From Candidatus Poribacteria bacterium (GTDB lineage: Bacteria; Poribacteria; WGA-4E; PCPOR2b): a stretch of DNA of 64,000 nt. Shown one piece after another: positions 57,909-64,000 of this stretch; the stretch's first letter is position 1; the number at the start of each line of letters is the position of its first letter. The notes beneath the pieces are model-generated. The model worked only from the letters and a program-made list of their open reading frames with translations, searched no databases and was not told the DNA's origin. The DNA is taken from positions 6,112,001 to 6,176,000 of the forward strand of contig OZ244587.1 in NCBI GenBank assembly GCA_965218095.1, given 5' to 3'. Made by a program: the position numbers and the translations under genes.

Positions 57909-58577
57909 CTAATTTCCCGTCTCGCTCGTAAACACATTCAGAAGCGCCACGCCGCGTTCATATTTCGATTGGGAAGTCGGGATCAAATCGTATTGTTGAG
58001 ATAATGCGTCAGCGATCTGTTGTAGGAACATAGCTTCACCATCTTTGAGTTCTAACTCAATGCTATACTCCTGAACAGATTGCGTTTTATCCACATCTGC
58101 ATACCGCACCGGGTCAAGACAAACTTCGACACATCCCGCATCAGAATTTATGCGCCACGTTTCACGGATATTTTCGACATGTAGGACGGGAAATATGTCC
58201 TCTCCCTTCAGATGACTCACAGCCGCTTCGATAGCCTCAACATGAATCTTCTCAAGATTTCCACTTAAGAGCGCTTGCGCCTGTTGGTCCGTAATCGGCA
58301 TTTCAAGCTCTGTACGTATATAAACCCCTTTGGTTTGGGTTTTGAATGTAACGAGTTGTGTCCCTTCCCCGATGGCTCGGGATGCGAGCCCCCTCTTCCT
58401 GAGCCGCAAAGAGGCACCATGCCGTAAGAGGGTTCCGGTCGTCGTGTCGAGATAGGTATCCTGTTGTGGGATATTCGTCTGATCCGAAAGTGTATAACCT
58501 GCCACTTGTTTCTGCGATCGAATCTGATCGAATACCTGTGGCGATGTTGCCTGAAATTTTGCTTCAACTTCGATCAT
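57909..58577 (-). CDS. CYTH domain protein (triphosphate tunnel metalloenzyme)
   Basis: EVEAKF (ExExK), YLDT, LRLR, ELELK, SKYERG; no CHAD domain. Confidence 0.9.
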   Translation of the reverse strand: MIEVEAKFQATSPQVFDQIRSQKQVAGYTLSDQTNIPQQDTYLDTTTGTLLRHGASLRLRKRGLASRAIGEGTQLVTFKTQTKGVYIRTELEMPITDQQAQALLSGNLEKIHVEAIEAAVSHLKGEDIFPVLHVENIRETWRINSDAGCVEVCLDPVRYADVDKTQSVQEYSIELELKDGEAMFLQQIADALSQQYDLIPTSQSKYERGVALLNVFTSETGN

Positions 58578-58617
58578 TATCTGGGATGTTTCCTTATCTG
58601 GGGTTTACCAACTCGCG

Positions 58618-58781
58618 TCTGATACTGTGTCTGAAAGGTGGAAAAGGCAGAAACCGGATTTTTGTTGTGCCGCAGCCCAAGGCGTGCCGAAAGGCAGTTT
58701 TCGAGTGCGCAGCCCCCCTGTGGGCGGTATGAAAAACTCGGTTTCTCCGCTCTAATGAGACTTCTCAAACAGGCTCTGATA
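58618..58781. mobile_element. Possible MITE-like insertion
   Basis: 7-bp direct repeat TCTGATA (58618-24, 58775-81) around 150 bp with imperfect inverted ends tgtctgaaa / tctcaaaca. Confidence 0.35.
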
Positions 58782-58808
58782 TATCCGCCCCGTAACCTTA
58801 CCTCCTTT

Positions 58809-59285
58809 TCAGTGCTCTGAAAGCCTAGACATGAGTGCTTTCCTGAATTTCTTCTTGGACAATACTTTCTTTGCAACCTTTTTTCGCAATTTCTTCCCGA
58901 AGATTTTCGCAAGTTCTGAGTTAGTCTCTTGAGCGATCTGTTGTGTCACGTCTGGATTTTGGAGAATTACTTCCGCAAACTGGCGAGCGAGTTGACGTGT
59001 ATCGCCGGACTCTGGCGAATCGTCAGAAACTTCGACAGCCTGTGATCCTGGCTTGGGGGGGGCTATCTGTTCAGGTTTGATCGCCATCTTCGCAGACTCA
59101 ATAATTCGGTTTGCTCTCCCCACCACGAGCCCGATTTTTTCGTTGATCTCTTCGGACGTTGCTGATGCGACCTGTGCGCGGGATGTATATCCAGCTTTCT
59201 GTAGTTTGTCTCCAATAACGGGGCCAACCCTGTGAATGGCTTGAAGATTATCCATAAGTATCGTACTCCCTTGATTTTGTTCCAA
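58809..59285 (-). CDS. Helix-hairpin-helix domain protein with Lys-rich C-terminal helix
   Basis: LQAIHRVGPVIGDKLQKAGYTS..GLVVGRANRIIESA; C-terminal KKLRKKVAKKVLSKKKFRKA. Confidence 0.8.
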   Translation of the reverse strand: MEQNQGSTILMDNLQAIHRVGPVIGDKLQKAGYTSRAQVASATSEEINEKIGLVVGRANRIIESAKMAIKPEQIAPPKPGSQAVEVSDDSPESGDTRQLARQFAEVILQNPDVTQQIAQETNSELAKIFGKKLRKKVAKKVLSKKKFRKALMSRLSEH

Positions 59286-59312
59286 ATTCTAAATTTGGGG
59301 TATATTGACGAA

Positions 59313-60437
59313 TCATCTGATCAACGTGTTCACTGTGAAAAATGTCCGCTGTGGGTAGATGTCCTGAAGGATTGAAATCGCTGAATCCGTATAGATGGCA
59401 TCGACACAACAGCCACGGATCCGAACCATGCCTTCAATGTCCGCACGCATATACGGATCGGTACTCACCGCCTTGTTCCAAACACTCCCAAGTATCCCAC
59501 GTGGTTTAATCGCCTTCGGATCATGCCCGAAAGCACACCGCTCAATCTCAAACTGATTGAATAGTAGCTCCACCTGTGATGCTTCCTCCCACCAGCGGCG
59601 CGTACCAACCGGACTTGTTAGCGAGCGATAGGGTTCTAACAGCGGGCGATCAGATCGTCCCGCCCGCCGGAGGGTATCAAACTGATCATTCAGGTCGTCG
59701 ATGCCACCATCAAACCCGATTGGCGGCCCGGCGTGGAACAAGCCCCATTCCTCTTCCCGATAAGCAACCGGCAGTCGCTCAATCCATTCTAGCGTTCCGT
59801 CTTCCTCAATGGTGCGAAGAAACACACGCCATGCTCGCCAGAGGTCTGGGGTGAAGTTGGGCTGGTTAAACCCCCATCGCTGTGTTGCGCGCCGAATCAG
59901 TGAATCTGAATCGTGATCTGATTTCGCTACCGCCTGATAAATCCCTGCGATCGCCTGCGTCGAGATTGGGGCAATTTGCAGACAGTGCAACAGATTATCC
60001 AATTCCCCGCTTACCACCGCCCATGAAGCAACCGTCTGCCAGTGTTCGGGATTTGCCAACCATTCCTGGCGATGACGGTTGTCGTGAATGGCGTGCAGCA
60101 GGAGGATCTCGTGGTTTCCGAGAAGCGCAATAACCTAGTCAGGAATCTGTCGTTCCAGCGCTCGGATCAGATCGATGACCCGCTTGGAATCGGGGGCGCT
60201 TGCGACGTAATCTCCCAGGAGAAACAGACGCGCCTCTCCACCGATCCACTGATTGCTTTCATCGATTAGCTGTGCATGCAGAAGCAGGTTACGAAAAGCT
60301 TGGTAGTTGCCGTGGATGTCTGAAATGATATACCATAGACGCCTTTCAGATTGTGGATTATACATCGTGGATTTTATCATCATGCGTGAAACGTGAGTGT
60401 AATCCGTAAAACGTAATTCACTTATTTGTCGATTCAC
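59313..60437 (-). pseudogene. Calcineurin-like metallophosphoesterase with a single in-frame TAG at 60135-60137
   Basis: DIHG, LGDYV, D*VIALLGNHE, FHAG, FGH; both ORF halves share one frame. Confidence 0.8.
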
Positions 60438-60746
60438 TTCAAATTATTTTGACTTTGTTAGATTAAAAGAGCTCATCGGCAGATCGACTGCTGGCTCGCC
60501 CCTCAATCTTACTTTTACCCACAAGTTTTTATTTTCGCGCCATTGCGCGCCACAAGCGGATTCCAGCGCACAGGAGGAGTGGGGGTGTTGGGAGATTGGG
60601 GTGGAATTATATCCCAACACCCCTTCACCCCAACATCCGATTTTCCGAATCGGAACGGGGGTTTGCTTGGTGACCAATCCCCGGATGAAAAGATCTGGGT
60701 AAAGATAAGGAATTGAGGGCCGGGGGGCGAATGTAACAAAATCAAA

Positions 60747-61241
60747 TTATTGTGTCAGTTCTTTGGGATACCATAAATTTATCAACTCCCCTTCCACTTT
60801 ATCATTCAATTCCTCCCACCGTCCGATGGGGAGCAAAATATGGGCAATTGCTGCCGTCAGCATAGTTTCTACGTGACCGGTCAATCTTCCGATCAACTCT
60901 TCCATTCCAGGGTTATGCCCTACCACCATAACCCGCCGGCAATCGTCTGACAGGTTACACAAAACAGAGATGTACGCTTCTGGCCCAGCGTGATAGAACG
61001 CCGGCGTTGATTCGACCTCACCTGCATAACCACCGGCTTTTGCTACCGCCTGGGCTGTTTTTCGCGCACGCTTGGCGGTTGAACTGATGATCTTGTCAGG
61101 CGTCAATCCCTGCTTTCGCAGCAATTTTCCTATGCGCGGCGCATCCCGTTTGCCACGCTTATTGAGCGGCCGATCATGGTCGGCCAGCAATGGTTCTTTC
61201 CAACTTGACTTTGCATGCCGTAAAATCAGCAATGTTTTCAT
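60747..61241 (-). CDS. SixA-like histidine phosphatase
   Basis: LRHAKS, DHDRPL..RG, SSTAKRA, VGHNP. Confidence 0.92.
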   Translation of the reverse strand: MKTLLILRHAKSSWKEPLLADHDRPLNKRGKRDAPRIGKLLRKQGLTPDKIISSTAKRARKTAQAVAKAGGYAGEVESTPAFYHAGPEAYISVLCNLSDDCRRVMVVGHNPGMEELIGRLTGHVETMLTAAIAHILLPIGRWEELNDKVEGELINLWYPKELTQ

Positions 61242-61295
61242 TCGAGCCTCTTGGGCGCGTGATTCGTGAAACGTGAATTTTTCAAATTGTAGGAG

Positions 61296-62264
61296 TTATG
61301 CAGATTTGCCGACCTCCACAAAACGATCATACATTACGCCGTACCGTACTCCACGGGTACTTACGTGGATATGCTCAACGCCGAGGTGCTTTAAGATACT
61401 GTGGAGGATGGCTGCCCCCGCGATGATGATGTCGGCACGTTTTGCTTCCAGCCCCGGAAGCTGTAGGCGATCGGCCAGGGACCTGGCGCGAAATCGCTGA
61501 ATCTGGCCTGCAATCTCCTGTAGACTGAGGGTTTCCCTATGTATCCGCTGGGGGTCATGCTCGGTCAACCCAAGTTTAACGGAAGCCAGGTTCACCAGTG
61601 TGCCACCAATCCCAACAGGAACAGAGGGTTTTCGCATCGGATTTGTCGGAAAAAGAACCTGCGCTGACAGGGTTTCTTCAACGAAAGCATTCAATGCACC
61701 AAACTCATCATCGGTTGGCGAATCACTTTTGAGGAAGTGATCCGTGAGATAAACCGCCCCCAGGTTAACGCTCAAATGTGTCTCTAATTCCTTCCCACCA
61801 AATACAAACTCTGTACTTCCGCCACCAATGTCAATCAAAACGAGATCATCGGTGTCGAAAGCATGGAAATCTTTATCGGTGCGTATTGCCAGATAGGAGA
61901 AACGCGCTTCCGTCTTTCCTGAAATCACTTCGATATCCAGATCAAGACCATTTTTGACAAGACTGGTAAAATCATCCGCGTTGGTCCCTTCCCGAAGCAC
62001 GCTTGTCCCAACAGCGATAACCTCCTCAACGCCAAAAGTTCGCGCCTGTGAGAGGTAACCCTGGATCGCCGCACAGGTTCGATCCATCGCGGTTCTTTGG
62101 AGTTGATAGGTTGAGTGCATCCCTTGACCGAGCCGCGTGACCTCCGCAACATCAAACACAACGTCATGTTTCCGTCTTTTCGCATCGATTTTGCAGATCA
62201 GCATCAGGACAGAATTCGTGCCGATGTCAATCACGGCATAGCGGTTGTTATGTTTCTTTTGCAT
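61296..62264 (-). CDS. ppx: Ppx/GppA family exopolyphosphatase (short form)
   Basis: IDIGTNS, TRLG, DIGGGSTE, GIGGT, RADII.AG. Confidence 0.92.
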   Translation of the reverse strand: MQKKHNNRYAVIDIGTNSVLMLICKIDAKRRKHDVVFDVAEVTRLGQGMHSTYQLQRTAMDRTCAAIQGYLSQARTFGVEEVIAVGTSVLREGTNADDFTSLVKNGLDLDIEVISGKTEARFSYLAIRTDKDFHAFDTDDLVLIDIGGGSTEFVFGGKELETHLSVNLGAVYLTDHFLKSDSPTDDEFGALNAFVEETLSAQVLFPTNPMRKPSVPVGIGGTLVNLASVKLGLTEHDPQRIHRETLSLQEIAGQIQRFRARSLADRLQLPGLEAKRADIIIAGAAILHSILKHLGVEHIHVSTRGVRYGVMYDRFVEVGKSA

Positions 62265-62370
62265 TGATCTGAACTCCGAAGGTACGTGAAACGTGATGCG
62301 TAAAACGAATCCTTCCCTTCCTTCCGCTCAATGGACAAACCTAAGTAGTTCATTGCTTAAATTCGACGAG

Positions 62371-62463
62371 GGTTTGTAGTCGCGCAATTTGAGCGTAGCG
62401 AAATCGCGATCCATCGAGGTCATTGCGCGTTTTAACGGGCGATGAATCGCCCGACTACGAACC
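62371..62463. repeat. GTAG-type REP-like element, copy 2, with nested insert at 62391-62419
   Basis: ggtttgtagtcgcgcaat..cattgcgcgt..gggcgatgaatcgcccgactacgaacc. Confidence 0.75.
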
Positions 62464-62503
62464 AACCCCATACGGACTTGTGACATGGACCACGAAGTCA
62501 GCA

Positions 62504-64000
62504 TTATGTCCCTTCCAATACGATGCTAGCAATCGATTCCGAGTAAGAATTGATACGGCGCAGGTTATCTATCAGATCCAAGTGGATCTGGCTGCTATCG
62601 ATTGAGGCTTGGAATTCACGGCGCAGGCGATCGTAGTGTGTGCGCCGATAGACCTGTTCCAGTTGAACAAGCCCCGGTTTGGTGATGGAAACTGTTCGGG
62701 CGAGCGCCACGTCATCGTTTTCAAACGCCTTGATCGCATTATCATAACTCTCTAGAACCCGTTGATGATACGCAACGATTTCTTCTCTCCCCTCCTCTGA
62801 AAACACGATATCTCCTTCCGCTTTCTTGATAAGAAGCGTGACCAGATTTTTCTCAATAACATCACCGATATGTTCCAATTCAGTGGTGACATACAGCAGT
62901 TGAACAGCATGTTCGGACTGTTGCAAGCTCAAGTTGGCACGGGTGATTTGTGTGAGGTATTCCGCTGTTTGGCGTTGGAGATAATCGACCTGGTTGTCCT
63001 GTTGCAAGATGTCATTAGCAGCCTTCGTGTCGTTGGCAATAAAGGCGGGCATGATGTCAGCCAACATTCCTCGAACCACCCTGGCCATTCTCAGAATCTC
63101 CCGCCGTGCTCGTTCAATCGCAAAAACAGGCGTAGAAAGCAGTTCTGTATTTAGATGTTGGGTTGACCATACGGGTTGAGTTGCCGCTTCCACGGCAGTC
63201 TCCCCCTTATCCGGCATTATCCATTCCACAAAACGCGCCATCAACGGCACCAATGGAAAGAAGATAATCGTCAACGCCGCGTTGAATGCAGTGTGCGTGT
63301 TCGCAATCTGTCTCGGGACGACCGCTGCATTGGCTGCCATCCCAGTAAGTCCGGCGGGCGCCTCCGGCGAAATCAGCCGAACCAGTGAAGCAAGCGGACC
63401 AATGAGCCATACAAAAATTAAAACACCTCCCACTTTGAAAAATGTATGCGCCGCGGCAACCTGCCTTGCTTCGCAGGGAGCCCCAAGTGAGGCAAGGATT
63501 GGGGTAATACAGGTGCCAATGTTTGCGCCGAAGAGTAACGGAATACTCGCCTCCAGACTCAACAAGCCTTGCTGCGCCAGAGCAATCAGGATGCCTGTAA
63601 ATGCGCTGCTTGATTGGATTAACGCAGTGAACGCTGCACCAACCAGAATGCCTAAGAGCGGGTTTTTGAGCGTGAGTAAAAAGTCGATGAACGGCTGGTA
63701 GGATCGGAAGGGATACATGGCTTCTGACATGATATAAATCCCAAAGAACACCAGGCCAAATCCCAACAACGCCTCCCCTGCTGCGCGGTAAACATCTGTT
63801 TTTGATACAAAGAGAATGATAAAACCGACAGCGACAATCAGCAGCGCGTAATGCGTGAGCTTGAATGCAATTAATTGAGCCGTGACTGTTGTCCCGATGT
63901 CCGCACCAAGAATCACGCCGAGCGATTGGGAGAGCGACATCAGTCGGGCGTTCACAAAGCCAACAAGCATGACAGTGGTTGCACTGCTGGATTGAATCAC
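62504..64000 (-). CDS. Na+/Pi cotransporter family protein with PhoU-like C-terminus, 5' end beyond window
   Basis: QSSS twice, GADIGTT and GANIGT, ELEHIGD, helical C-terminus. Confidence 0.93.
   Translation of the reverse strand: MIQSSSATTVMLVGFVNARLMSLSQSLGVILGADIGTTVTAQLIAFKLTHYALLIVAVGFIILFVSKTDVYRAAGEALLGFGLVFFGIYIMSEAMYPFRSYQPFIDFLLTLKNPLLGILVGAAFTALIQSSSAFTGILIALAQQGLLSLEASIPLLFGANIGTCITPILASLGAPCEARQVAAAHTFFKVGGVLIFVWLIGPLASLVRLISPEAPAGLTGMAANAAVVPRQIANTHTAFNAALTIIFFPLVPLMARFVEWIMPDKGETAVEAATQPVWSTQHLNTELLSTPVFAIERARREILRMARVVRGMLADIMPAFIANDTKAANDILQQDNQVDYLQRQTAEYLTQITRANLSLQQSEHAVQLLYVTTELEHIGDVIEKNLVTLLIKKAEGDIVFSEEGREEIVAYHQRVLESYDNAIKAFENDDVALARTVSITKPGLVQLEQVYRRTHYDRLRREFQASIDSSQIHLDLIDNLRRINSYSESIASIVLEGT

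Noticed and set aside
58577-58912. 111-aa ORF ending in TAATG overlap with CYTH
   Set aside because: Overlaps the HhH gene out of frame and reads through the MITE-like insert; no RBS or motif
60135-60137. TAG as pyrrolysine
   Set aside because: No pyl genes in view and not a methylamine methyltransferase; a nonsense change is simpler
60560-60660. gggtgttggga/tcccaacaccc palindrome as an ncRNA
   Set aside because: Looks like the degenerate 8-mer intergenic repeats seen elsewhere; no promoter or family motif
1-64000. CRISPR array, tRNA, rRNA, prophage, retron or other reverse transcriptase system
   Set aside because: No regularly spaced repeat-spacer array, cloverleaf, rRNA-like tract, phage structural gene or RT motif found by eye

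Overview
Bacterial chromosomal window of roughly balanced GC, mostly minus-strand genes. The gene mix (two PhyH dioxygenases, tandem Gfo/Idh/MocA oxidoreductases, ThuA, sugar ABC transport, several R-M systems, Rpn-like relics) is reminiscent of sponge symbionts such as Ca. Poribacteria; this is inference, as there is no marker gene. Main blocks: carbohydrate ABC transporter (1-3000); an unusual HTH-MTase-TRD fusion facing a frameshifted PD-(D/E)xK endonuclease (3213-6382); catabolic enzymes; a type I R-M operon (hsdR-hsdM-hsdS) with an Rpn-like relic inside; an intact IS with 14-bp TIRs and an 8-bp TSD in the leader of a soluble hybrid kinase; a sigma54 activator followed by a canonical -24/-12 promoter driving an unknown protein, ABC exporter and CBM9/DUF5916-like protein; a partner-switching module followed by DUF58 and BatA/VWA genes interrupted by decayed TA genes and an MTase-nuclease fusion; and a phosphate/polyphosphate-type cluster (Na/Pi cotransporter, Ppx, SixA, metallophosphoesterase, HhH-polybasic protein, CYTH, ROK kinase). 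Many accessory genes are broken. Best non-coding leads: a concentric ~140-nt rod-like hairpin behind a sigma70 promoter (13.8-14.0 kb), GTAG-type REP-like elements carrying a nested ~29-nt mini-element in different positions and orientations, and terminator-containing leaders at 27.6-28.0 kb. No rRNA, tRNA or CRISPR array was seen. All family assignments come from motif recognition by eye; no searches were run.
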